A DNA stretch of 64,000 nt from Azolla caroliniana (Eukaryota > Plantae > Polypodiophyta), in assembly GCA_043228905.1 (NCBI GenBank), contig JBHGNT010000002.1, forward strand, positions 22,506,001 to 22,570,000. The letters run 5' to 3'. Under the pieces are notes generated by a model. That model did no database searches and was not told the DNA's origin. It saw nothing but the letters and a program-made list of their open reading frames with translations. A program made the position numbers and the translations under genes. The number at the start of each line of letters is the position of its first letter. Positions within the stretch are counted from its first letter, which is position 1. Below are positions 41,446 to 53,493 of this stretch, piece by piece.

Positions 41446-41586
41446 CCCAACTCTTACCATTTGAGCTATATTTTGCGTCTTAATTAATGCCTATTGATTT
41501 TCTCTCAATGATAATTTCAACTAGAATTTAAAACTTGACCATTTCACCATATCACGACATCGGAACATGCCTTACATACTAGATGT
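41446..41586 (+). repeat. Dispersed repeat, copy 1 (copy 2 at 53136-53250)
   Basis: CCCAACTCTTACCATTTGAGCTATATTTTG...TTAATTAATGCCTATT...GATAATTTCA...ACATGCCTTACATACTAGATGT is shared. Confidence 0.88.
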
Positions 41587-42044
41587 CAAGCACTCGTGGG
41601 TTGTAACAACTTCATCCTCATGCAATGTTTCACTCGCTTGAATTCAAACCACGTGTGAAACATTTTCATGTCATACTTTTTGGAGTTAAGTTGTTTGTCT
41701 CTTTGTTTGAGAATTTGACTAATGATTGAGAGTGCATATGTTAGATTGCGAAAGAAATGTGCAACGACATAACTTTATTGAAAATGTGTGGAAAACGCGG
41801 TGCAATGTGATAAAAGCTAGAGCATTCCATTCGAGTGTGATGCTCAGAAACATGAACTTGTTGAGAGCAAAAAATGCAAAGTTAAGGGCATAAACTATAA
41901 CCCTTCGTATTTATGGAGATGTCAAGAATATCATTGCATATCATCGGTGTTTACAGAGACATCAATTAAGGTCGTGGTATTTGGTAGTACCCTTTGGGAG
42001 TGTCATGACCAACATCCATGACACATATGCATAAAGACATCGGG

Positions 42045-42700
42045 GCTATGTTGTCACATGGACACACACCCCTCCTCATTGCTATGCAATTCCATTGTAT
42101 GTATACCCTCCTCTCCTCAACGCCATGTTGTCATATGTATACCCTCCTCTCCTTGGCGCTATGTTGTCATATGTATACCCTCTTCTCCTTGGTGTTATGT
42201 TATCTTATGTATACCCTCCGCTCTATGATATGTCATCATCATATGTATGCCTTCCTCTCCTTGGCACCATGTTGTCGTATGTATGCCCTCTTCTCCTTGC
42301 TGCAATGTCATCGTATGTATACCCTCCTCTTCTTCGTACTATCCCATCATACACCCTCACGTGTATCATGACGTGTTGATTCTATGTCATCATATGTACA
42401 TATACCCTCCTCTAATTGGTGATATGTCATGGCATGTATACCCTCCTCTTCTCGATGTTATATCATCGTACACCCTTTGTGTGTATCCGAAGACAGTTGA
42501 TTCTATGTTATCATATGTATACCCTCATCTACTCAGTGTTATGCCATTCATTGTATGTATAACCCTCCTCCTCTGCTCAGTGATAGGTCATCGTACATCC
42601 TCGGGTGTATCTAGAGACATCAATGCTTTATCATATGTAGTATACCTTCTTCTTCTTAGTGGTTTTAGAGATATTCTCGATAATGCCATCCCATATACCT
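42045..42700. repeat. 36-bp minisatellite with higher-order interruptions, immediately upstream of the hydrolase gene
   Basis: Consensus TATGTATACCCTCCTCTCCTTGGCGCTATGTTGTCA. Seven regular units from about 42098, then degenerate units alternating with a variant ...ACACCCT...GTGTATC...TTGATTCTATG unit. Confidence 0.92.
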
Positions 42701-42753
42701 CCCCCCAATCTTTTCATGTTTTCAGAATTATCAATCCTACCCTTTTAGCAAAT

Positions 42754-45700
42754 ATGAGCACCCTCTTCTTTTCTTCTTCTTCCTCTGCTCCTCCTGCATT
42801 GCAAACTCTGCCTCGTTCCTTTCCACGGGTCTGCTTTTCTCGACTGAAAATGGCGTCTTTCTCTGGTGATCTTCTTTCAGATCTCGTCTCTGTTTGTTTG
42901 GTTCTTATGAAATCTAATGTTTTCATCATTATCATCATCTTCGTCTCATTTTCTAGTTCATGATTCATCCAAGCGGATCACCGTCTCTAATCCTTTAGGG
43001 GAGAACCTGGTCGGCATTCTAGAAGGTTCTTCTTCGAAAGATGTTGTCATCCTATGCCATGGTTTTCGATCTAGCAAGGTAATAATTTACATTTATATGA
43101 TCAAGAAAAATGCTATGTATATATGTTTTGTTTTTTATAGAAACACATTTGTATAGATAGATAAATATACACTTATCATCATCCTAGGCCATATTCTTCT
43201 ATATTTATACTTTCATGCAAAATGCTAGGTAGAATATTATTGCAAATCTGAATTTAACTCCTTAGTTTGCGCAAATGTCATGTTTTTACACGTTGGTTGC
43301 CACCCAAGAACTCAAGGAGAGATTGTAAGAACCTTATCCTATGCCTATTACAATCAAAATCCATTGTATCAAGGAAGAGGCACGTAAGAGAGAGAGAGAG
43401 AGATGCTAAAGCATACGCTCTTCTGGGATCGAATGGGGTTACTCAGTATCCTTGTATTTTTTTAGCGTTATCCTCTTATGAGTGTTAGCATGATCATTTA
43501 CATTATTTGCAATACTAGCCATATTAAATGCCTAAAATTCAGTCATATATTTTCCAAGTATTACATATATAGGACATCTTTTGGGCATCAAGGACCTATG
43601 CCATTATTTCATTAAAGCAGACTGCTATACATTTCTTGCAATGGAAACAACTCTTCCAAGGACAATTATTTTTCTTGCCATTAATTTATGAAGATGATTT
43701 GGGAGTCATCTCGAAACAATTTCAAAATTGTTTCGTCTTTTATCAATCTTCCAACATAATCTTATATGCAGGGGTTCTCTCTACGTTGGCCTGATCCACA
43801 CTAAAAGATTGACCCATTCAAGAAATTCTAACAGAGGAGCATGGTTACGCCCTTGGGAATTGGATCATTAAAATGAAAAAGGATAAGTAGGAAATGTTGA
43901 ACCTCCAGTGTGGACAATTTAAATTCCATCAATGTATTCTCAAGGATATTTGACAACTTAGTAGTGGTAGCCAGACTTGAGTCCATTTTGCATTCATTTT
44001 ACATTTTGAGTAGGAAATGAATGGTGAACCTTCAGTGTGGACAATTTAAACTCTATCAGTGTATTCTCAAGGATATTTGACAACTTAGTAGTGGTACCCA
44101 GACTTGAGTCCATGGCCTGAATGCTACTATTTAAACAACCCAGACAACATCTCGATCAAAGCCCCCAATTTGGAAGAAAATCTCTTTTAGCTCATGTTGA
44201 TCTAGGGGCATTTCCACTATCGAGCTGGAGGATCTATGAATGTTGATGATACTTTCAGCATGTCAGCGCAACAACAAAATAAATTTCACTCTGACTCCAA
44301 GAAAAATGTGGAGTGTCATTATTGTCACAAAAAGGATCACTTGAAGTTTGAGTGCTGGAAGAAGCAGAAAGTGGAACCCTATGCAGAGAAGGGAAAATTG
44401 AAACACAATTAAATTTGCTTCGACAATCATAGCTTCTAGTCACATATAGAGACTTTGTGCTTCAGTGTATGAATACCCCGTCTTAGGAAGGAGACACATA
44501 TCAAGAACACATGTATACTCTGGTCCCATAGGTCAAAATTGGCCTCTTTATGGACGATAAAAATTCTAATTCTAATTCTAATTCTTGGATTATAGATAGT
44601 GGAGTTACCATTTTTATGGTGGGTGAGTGTTCACCTCCACCGAGCTCTCAAATATCAGGATAATTATCATGTACTAATACTTGTTATCGGGTGCAGTCAT
44701 TTATTCTTATCCTAGCATCTCTTTCACCATCAAAACATATAGTTTTTTTTGCTGAAAACCTTGATAAATCTAATTATAATGTTGACAAAGTGTGCCATGT
44801 GGTACATCTCTGTTGCATGGGAATATATATCCATAAAGTGTAATGCACTCTGTCAGGATGGTGTGATTCTGATTTGGCTGAAAAACTTTATTCCAATGCT
44901 CATCTACAGTTTTTTTCATTAACTTGGGTTCAACAATCCACGGTTTCACTATCCTCCATATAAGCCGAGTAAAATGAATTTGCTTGTTCAGCTTCATGTG
45001 GCAGAATTTGTGTACGTTAACTTCTTGGTGAGTTGGGCTCTCCTCTATCTACTGCTACTCTTGTTTGGTGTAATAACTAAACCTGCCTTGTCATTACCCT
45101 GACTTTCATGTCGGTACCAAACATATTGTGGTGCAATACCATTATTTACATGAGCGAGTCCTGGTTGGTCAACTATTATCCATTTATGACAATGCTGCAG
45201 ACATCTTTACCAAAGCTTTCCAGCTGAAGTATTTGGTTACTCAGTCACAGCTATGGCCTGTTTTATCCACACCTGGTGCTGAATGGTGGTCATGGTCATT
45301 TACATACCTGGAACATGCAATTAATTAGGTGTGTTAACAGCCTATACTACAGTCTACACTTATGGAGGCTTATTAGCCAATTGCTCTAAGTTAGAAACTA
45401 TAAAAGGGCTCCGACCTCTAACACCTTCTCATCTGGATTTCATCTAGATTCCAGCCATTTAGTCTATCTCTTTTGTATGCTCAGTTGGGCCTATTTCCCT
45501 TGGTTCGCTCATGGGGCTTGACACCCTTACACAGACTTCTCATCACCTTGTATTATTTTCTCCTGGCTTATTACAAGCCTCATTTCAATTTGACATGTCA
45601 TGTATTTTTTGTTGCTTCAGCTGTAATTTCTAAAATATCTAGAATTTCTCCTTGTCTGCTAAAGAGCTTCTAAATGTTTAATTGTTGTCTGATTGGGAGG

Positions 45701-48190
45701 ATTCTTTTTTTTCCGTCTAGTTCTTTTTGGTCGTGTTAAACGTTTTTCTTTTTCCTTGAATGATTGGGCTGCCCTTTACTTCTGTATTGTGCCCCTTTGT
45801 AATGTGTATTATATGTTTATATAGTATATTATTTATGTGTGATAAATATAAATTATACCACTTAACATGTATAATATGAGATTTATAATTTATGGTATAT
45901 ATGAATATACATCCATAGTATATGTGTAATGCTGCTGGAAGTTCTTAACAGCATATATTATCTCATTTAGTCATGATGAGTGCATCTCCAGCTGATTGCC
46001 TTGTAAATGCTCTTTGTTAATACATTGTTGTGCTTGCCAACTTGTAACCATCTTGTTTTTTGTATTCTTATTCTTTTCTCTGAAATGTTTATATAGTATA
46101 TTATTTATGTGTGAGAAATATAAATTATAACACTTAACTTGTAGAATATGATATTTACAATTTATAGTATATATGAATATACATCCATAGTATATGTGTA
46201 ATGTGCTGGATGTTCTTAACAGCATATATTATCTCATTTCGTCATGAGGAGTGCATCTCCAGCTGATTGCTTGCAAATGCTCTTTGTTAATACATTGTTG
46301 TGTGCTTGCCAACTTGTAACCATCTAGTTTTTTGTATTCTTATTCTTTTCTCTGATCATATACTTCTGTCTGTACACTGATAATATTTCCCCCACAGGAA
46401 AGCTCAACAATTAAAAGTTTGGCATCAGTGCTTGTGGAAAAGGGCCATACCACATGTAGATTTGATTTCTCGGGTAATGGGTATGTCTTTTTTAAAACAA
46501 AATTTGTGTTCAAATATGTTTAGGTCATAACTAAGATACAACCTAACACTTATTTTGTTTACTTCCAAATTAGAGAAAGTGACGGGGAGTTTGAGTATGG
46601 CAACTATTGGAAGGAAGTCGAAGACTTGCGATCAGTTATTCTTTATTTGAATGCCCAAGGTCACAAAGTAAAGGCCATCCTTGGCCATAGCAAAGGTACT
46701 TTCTTCCCATGTTTTGGAAAGGAGAAATACTTACTTTTGGTTTTGTCATAAGGAAAAACTAGAATATATGCAGGTGGCAACGTGGTACTCTTATATGCAT
46801 CTAGGTATAGTGATGTGGCAACTATAGTGAATGTATGTGGCCGATTCAACCTTCAGTGTGGTGTGAAAGAGAGGCTTGGAGAGATGGGCCTTCAAGCCAT
46901 TCAGGAGAAAGGTTATGTGGAAGTGAAAAGCAGAACTGGTATCATGTTAAACTTTCATGACATTTGCTTTTCATTCACTTGATATGTAAGGGAGTTTGAT
47001 ATGAACTTATTTGATTTGTAGGCGAGGTAGAGTATCGTGTTACTGAAAAATCCTTGCAAGATAGACTGAAGACAGATATGAAATCAGCTGTTCTGTCTAT
47101 ACCCAAAGATTGTCGGTATGAATTTGAATTAGGGAAAACATTAAAATACTCTTAACTTCTTTGGTATTTACCAAAATACCCTAAATTTAAAAAAATTACC
47201 AGAATATCCCTTTTTAGTAGCAGATTTTGCACCGGAAAGGGATATCGTGGTAATGGATACCTATGGGTATGAATTGAAATTAATGCAACACATCAAATTA
47301 TGTCCAACTTGTTGGGTATATGCCAAAATACTACAAAGTTTAAAAATTACCAGAGTAGCCCTATGTAGTTCTAGATTTTGTACTGGAGAGAGGTATTCTG
47401 GTAATTTTTGGAGCTTACAGGTATTCAGGTGTTTTTCCCCTTTAAATTATTCCTTCAAAGCTAAACTCAGTTGATTGTTGCCATAAATTTTATTGTAATT
47501 TCTGTCCATGCCCAAATTATGTATGCATATGTATAACCCAAAATTTGGACTACAGAGGGTTATGTTACGCTTCTAAATACCCAACAAGTTGGGGTTATTT
47601 TGATGTTTTTTCCCTTCATTCATTCAACAACAATCTTTACAATTTATGGATCTGCATATGACTGGTAGGGTAGTCGTAAGGTTTGCTGGGAGAAAAGAAT
47701 CATTATCAGTATAATTCAGCCAGAAGAGACCCTGACATAGGACGAGGGTTCATGAGTTCTTAGTAAGGGATTTGTATTGGTGAAGATAATCAATTTATTC
47801 TGTGTTTCACCTTATTTTGTGATATGTTAATTTATTTTGTGATGTGCACTTCAAGGAATAAAGTGGGCATTGACAAGTATTTGAAGAGTGAAACGGTGGT
47901 TATTTTCCTTGGCATGCGTTTTCATCATTGATACCTTTATGTTTTTACATGTTCAGGCACACATGCTGTCAAAGATTGCTCTAAAATTTTGCCTTAACAT
48001 GGACAGGATTTTGACAGTTCATGGTTCAGATGACGAGATTATTAATGTAGATGATGCAAAAGAATTTGATAGATTCATTTCGAATCACAAACTTCAAATA
48101 TTGGCTGGTGCAAATCATGGGTTTACAAAGCATAGAGAGAATTTGGCATCTCTTGTGATAGACTTTCTTGAAGATGAAGTGCAATTGTAA
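42754..48190 (+). CDS. Alpha/beta-fold serine hydrolase (uncharacterised plant esterase/lipase-like family), 293 aa, putative organellar transit peptide
   Basis: Exons 42754-42865, 42957-43078, 46398-46480, 46574-46695, 46774-46938, 47022-47115 and 48007-48190 total 882 nt, all GT-AG and phase-consistent. Motifs LCHGFRS, RFDFSGNGES.G, GHSKGG (nucleophile), HGSDDE (Asp), GANHGF (His). Confidence 0.92.
43886..44113. repeat. Tandem duplication, about 123-bp period, in hydrolase intron 2
   Basis: AGTAGGAAATG...CAGTGTGGACAATTTAAA...CAGACTTGAGTCCAT at 43886 and 44009. Confidence 0.9.
44290..45230 (+). mobile_element. Internally deleted Ty1/Copia relic in hydrolase intron 2
   Basis: Gag knuckle ECHYCHKKDHLKFECWKK (~44311), protease SWIIDSGVT (~44583), RNase H end FHVGTKHIVVQYHYLHER..ADIFTKA (~45104-45217). 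Confidence 0.75.
45813..46355. repeat. Tandem duplication, about 272-bp period, at the 3' end of hydrolase intron 2
   Basis: ATGTTTATATAGTATATTATTTATGTGTGA...TTATTCTTTTCTCTGA at 45813 and 46085. Confidence 0.93.
47132..47440. mobile_element. Mutator-like MITE in hydrolase intron 6
   Basis: Termini GGGAAAACA..AATAC / GTATT..TGTTTTTCCC. 9-bp TSD TTTGAATTA (47123-47131) / TTTAAATTA (47441-47449). Internal AAAATTACCAGA / TCTGGTAATTTT repeats. Confidence 0.7.
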
Positions 48191-48400
48191 GGTCTAAAAG
48201 TTTTTTTTAAAACAATGGATACTTACAACAAAATATGTTGAAAGTTTATTAGCAATTTGATTCTTAATTATCTTTAGTGTTATCAGCTCACTTGACATGT
48301 ATTTAGGCATGATTATTTGTTTGAAAGGCAAGCTTCTTCTACATGTTGCAAAGATTAGAACAGCAAAATGTTAATTCACTAATGACAAAACTCACTATAT

Positions 48401-51400
48401 TGTGAAATGCTCTCAAAATAGCTCCCTTTCCATTACGTTCTAAGTTCCCTCTTATAGGCTACTCTTAGTACATCTTATAGGCTACTCTTAGCGTGGTGGG
48501 TGTTTTTTCTCGCTCCAATTAGCTCTTCTAATTATGGGGGCTTGGTAGGGGCCTAATTTCGGTGTGGTCAATGTGACCTTGGTTAGGTGGGGCCTTGGTT
48601 AGGATTCGTGGTAATACCACAAATCCCCCTTGGAAAAAAACGTTACTGTGCGGTCGAAGTGCGGCGGGGCGTGGACAACGGTTCTAGGTGGAGGGATGGC
48701 ACGAGCGTGGGTGTGGGTGTGGGCGTGGGTGGTGGTAGCTGATGGAAGGGCTTCATGTGAGACTGGTGGGCGAAGGTAGAACGGTTGTTGGAGGCGCGGC
48801 AAAGCAGGTATGTAGTGTTGTGTATTTGCTTTTGAACTTCGAAGGGACGGATCCATCGGTGCATGAGCGTCTCGCTTAGGCTGCGACGACGGATGGGGAA
48901 ATAGACGAGGACTTTGTTGCTGGCGTGGTATTGATGGTCGGCGTGGCATGCGTCGTGTTGGCGTTTTTGGTGTAGCTGTGCTTGGTGCAGTTTGCTCGTG
49001 ATGGCTTTGCGTAGGAGGGGCTGGAGTTGTTGTAGGTGGGACCACCAGGACACTGCGTTAGAGTGGAGTGGCGTGGTTGGTTGCGGGACTGCCACTTCTA
49101 GGGGTAAGTGCAGGTCCTTGCCATAAAGGGCCCGAAAGGGGCTAATGCGGGTGTAGGCTTGCACGGTTGTGTTGTAGGTGTGCGTGTAACGAAGGGCAAG
49201 ATCCGGTCCCAGGTCGAGTGCAGGCCGAGATTTGTTGTTTTAAGGTTTGGTTGAGGCGCTCTGTCAATCCATTCGTCTATGGATGGTAGGGTGACGTGAA
49301 TAATTGTTGGATTCCTAATTGTGTAGAAACAAGATGTAGGAGCTCGCTGTTGAACTGGGGTCCCCGATCAGACAAGATTTGGAGTGGGCAACCGCTGGGG
49401 AAGATGATTTTCTCCAATAGTTTGGTGGCGATGGTCGTAGCCTTTGCATCTGGGATAGTGGTTGTCTCAACCCAACGCATCAAGTACTCAGTTATGGCGA
49501 GGATGAATTTGTTCCCTTCTTTTGACTTGGGAGAGGGGCACAGAATGTCCCATCCGACGATTTCAAATGGGGCTTGAACCTGTATCAGATGTAAGAGGCC
49601 TTGAGCCACTTGAGGTGATTTGATGGCTTGACATGAATTGCATGCTTTGATGTAGGAGGCGACCTCGTGGTGTAGCCCCGACCAATAGAATTTGCAATGG
49701 ATTTTGTCTAGCACCTTGTGAAAACCCAAGTGGCCGGACAATGGGTGATCGTAGAAGAAACGAAGGTAAGACATGCGCAGTTGCTCAGGCACATAGACCC
49801 GGGGTTCCTTGCCTACTTGGCAAGAAAGTAGGACATTATCTTGGATCATGAATTGCTTGGTGAGGGGTGATGTGGGCTCGGCTCGTAGGCGGTGGCGGAT
49901 GTCTTGGATCTTTTTGTCGTGTTGTTGCATGTTGGCCATTTGGGATGAGGATACGGGGAAATTAATTTGTGCCGGATGCGATTTGGTTCGCCTGAATGGA
50001 TATGCGGGATAATCCATTGGCGACGATGTTCTGGGACCGCGGCGATAGTGCAGAGTGAATGTGTAATCTTGCAGCGCCACAACCCAACGGAGTAAGTGAT
50101 CGGGTGGGTGAGCCTTCTTTATGAGGGAGAGCAATGCCTGATGGTCAGTTTTGACTGATGTGTTTGATCTGTGTAGGTACGGGTGGAAACGATGGAATGC
50201 CCAAATGATGGTGAGCAACTCTTTTTCGGTTGTCGAGTAATTTTGTTCGGCTTTGGTAAGTGACCGGCTTATGTAGGCAATCAAGCATAGTTGGTTGTTG
50301 TCAGATTGGAGCAGGACCGTGCCAAGGCCGACGTTGGAGGCATCCGTCTGCAGATGGAAAGGCTTCGTGAAATCAGGGTGTGCCAAGAGATGAGAGGCTT
50401 GGAGCGTTCGCTTGAGCTACAGGAAGCTGCATTCGCAGGTGTCGGTCCATAGGAAGGGTGCGTCTTCTTGCAGGAGTGTGCGTAGTGGGGTTGACAGGTC
50501 GGGTAGCTGTGGGATGAAACAGAGAGAGAACGTGAGGAGGCCGAGGAAGCGTTGAAGCTGCTTGATTGTGGTGGGGTGTGGGAATTTTTGGACTGCTTCC
50601 GTCTTCTCTGGGTCCATTTGTATTCCGTCGGAGGAGATGATGTACCCGAGGAAGTGGAGGCGTGTACTACCCCAACGACACTTCTTCCATAGCAACTGCA
50701 ATTGATAGCGTTGAACACAAGTTAGGACCTCCTGAAGGACTTGGAGGTGTTCCACCCAGGTGCTCGTAGCCATTCGATGAAATGTGCTCCCAGCGTCAGA
50801 TAGGCCGAAGGGCATCCGTGTGAACTGAAAAATGCCTTTCCTAGTGCGGAATGCAGTTTTGTGGGCATCTTTAGGATTCATAGGGATCTGCCAATATCTC
50901 GAGGCCAGATCAAGGGAGGAGAAGTACTTTGATTTGCCGAGCTGGTCGAGGTCGTCGATACGAGGGAGACGATATCAGTCACGAGTGGTGACATAGTTCA
51001 GTTGTCGGAAGTCGACACAAAAATGGTAAGAGCCGTCCCCTTTTTTTACCATGTGTGGCTCTGAGATCCACTCGTTCTTGGAAGGGGTGATAATCCCCTG
51101 TTGTAGCATAGTTCTGACGGTGTTGTCGATGTTCTTGTGGTCGAGAGGGGAGCAACGTTAGGGAGCTGCGCTGATGGGGCAGGCGTTGCTTGTAGAAATC
51201 GTGTGGTGGATAGGAAAGCGGACCGAGGGAGGCTTTGCAGGTGGTGTAGATAGCGAGGGAAAGGTGGTTAGGAGCTGTCGGATGTCATGGATGCGCTCTG
51301 TCAGTGATACTAGGTACTGTGTGTTGTTGATGTGGGTGGTATCTCGCGGATTAGTGAAGAGCGCGATTGGAAGGTGATTGGGGAGGATGAGCTGTTGCGA

Positions 51401-53024
51401 GGAGAAATCGAGATAGGCTCGACTATGGAGGAACCAATATCAGCCTAAGGTGATTGGGAACAACTGGCGTGGGAGGACGTAGAAACGATGTTGGATCAGG
51501 GCGGAACTGATGGTGAGCATGCACATGACTTGCGTATGTGAGTGGTACAACCGCTGCTAGTCACCGAAGAGGATTTTAATGGGCGGTGCGTGGCTCGTGG
51601 GAAGTTGCAATTGGGCGACTAAATCTGCGCTAATGGAAGAGATGTTGTTGTCGGAGTCGAGGAGAACTTCTTTTGCTGTGTACTGGAGGCGGGCGATTGT
51701 GGTACAAACGGGGGAAGTTGATGACGTGGAGGCGTGGACGTGCGGGGGCAGCTCTCCCTGCATCACCCCGTGCATTAGTTTTTCGGGAGCTTAGAGAGGG
51801 AGGCAACATTGGCTAATTGGACGTTCTGCTTCAGTTGTTGATTTTGCCACTTTCGGCAATGACGCCGGATGTGGCCATAGTTGCAGTAACATCGGCTAAT
51901 TGGACGTTCTGCTTCTGTTGTTGATTTTGCCACTTTCGGCAATGACGCCGGATGTGGTCATAGTTGTTGCAGTAGAAACATTTGGGGCGTCCGTGGCTGT
52001 CTCATTCGAGCAATGCACGCTTGGCGTGTAATTGCGCGTTTTGGACATCAATGTCTATGGGAGTGGCGGTTGGTGTAGTGTTTGTATGATCGTGAATGAG
52101 ATTACCTAGTGTGTGCAGGTTGTGTGCGTCTGCAGCTTTGATGCGTTGGGCGGTGAGGATGGCTTCGTGTAGTGTCTCCGGGCCTTGATCACGTACACGA
52201 CGGCGGAGGTCGTGCCGAATACGCGGCTAGAAGAAAAACAATTTCATGTCTTCCGACATTTTGGCATCAGCCCGACGTAGGATCAGCACAAACCGAACCG
52301 CGAACTGGGTGATGGGTTCGCGTGGTTGCTGGGCGATTGACTCGAGTTATTGTAGGGCCGTCTAACGGGAACCCTGATGAGCAAAATTCCAAATCATGGT
52401 TGCTCGTAACAGATCCCAGTCGTTGCATGTCTCCTCGGGTTGTTGTACGAGCCATGTTGCTGCGATATTCTTGAGGAGTGTCTTCATTTCCATTGCCTTC
52501 CGGGGGTGTGGCCACTGGCCACATTTCGAAATGATCCAGCCAAGAGAGGACGTCTCCCGATGGTAGGCTGGAGAATGATTTTGGGCGAACTCGCGGGTCC
52601 AAGAGATTCTGTTGTGGCTCAGATTGTGTTGAGAGGAATGACAACATGGCTTGGTTAGTATGGTTAACTTGTAAAATTAATGTTGGACAGGGCTTGAACT
52701 AGTTGGTCGATTGGCGATGTGGGCTAATGTTCTTGAGTTTGTTGTTGTCGTGTTGCATCGTGGCGTGTGTTGTTGGGGCTGCTTTGCCCGTCTTCTCCAC
52801 CAAGATGTGAAATGCTCTCAAAATAGCTCCCTTTCCATTACGTTCTAAGTTCCCTCTTATAGGCTACTCTTAGTACATCTTATAGGCTACTCTTAGCATG
52901 GTGGGTGTTTTTTCGCTCCAATTAGTTCTTCTAATTATGGGGGCTTGGTAGGGGCCTAATTTGGGTGTGGTCAATGTGACCCTGGTTAGGTGGGGCCTTG
53001 GTTAGGATCCGTGGTAATACCACT
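48401..53024 (-). mobile_element. Full-length but decayed non-chromovirus Ty3/Gypsy LTR retrotransposon (about 4.6 kb)
   Basis: LTRs 48401-48621 and 52806-~53024 (about 220 bp, TGTG...CACA, a few mismatches). PBS TGGTGGAGAAGACGGGCA at 52802-52785. PPT at 48622-48630. Order gag (CCHC)-PR-RT (KTAF..MPFGL)-RH (TDAS, EKE)-INT (H..GH..C..C, SDRG). Frameshifts and stops. TSD imperfect (ATAT/ATCT). Confidence 0.93.
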
Positions 53025-53135
53025 ATCTAGAATTTCTAAATATAATAGAGTCGAATAGCTACTATCATTTCTAAATATAATAGAGTCGAATACCACCTTT
53101 AAAGGTGGGGACATAAATCCATAATCCAACACAAG

Positions 53136-53250
53136 CCCAACTCTTACCATTTGAGCTATATTTTGTTGTCTTAATTAATGCCTATTTCTTTTCTCTCAGT
53201 GATAATTTCACCACATCACAACAACGAGACATGCCTTACATACTAGATGT
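53136..53250 (+). repeat. Dispersed repeat, copy 2 (copy 1 at 41446-41586)
   Basis: Same sequence as copy 1 but lacking about 27 bp between two ATTTCA microhomologies. Confidence 0.88.
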
Positions 53251-53493
53251 AAAAGTTAATATGCGCAAGCTAAGACAAAACCGGCTAGTCCGGATAACAA
53301 AAGAACACATAAATGAAGGTTTAATGGAAAGCTTGAATAGATGGGAGAGACAGAGATAGTAAAACAACAAAACTAAATTCAAACAATAATAACAACACTC
53401 TGTACATACAAATCTCCTCTTGGCGACTCATACTTCTCTTTCAAAGATTCGTCTCTGTTCTTTCTGGAGTCGGATTCACTCTGATCCAACTCG
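53248..53493 (-). mobile_element. Probable LTR portion of a further element, interrupted by the Tcn1-like element
   Basis: Starts with TGTAA where homology to the 41446 copy ends. Composition is LTR-like. The partner end is not in the window. Confidence 0.35.

Noticed and set aside
41451-41470. tRNA gene or canonical SINE
   Set aside because: Only an A-box-like motif; no cloverleaf, and the shared homology extends upstream rather than downstream of the box.
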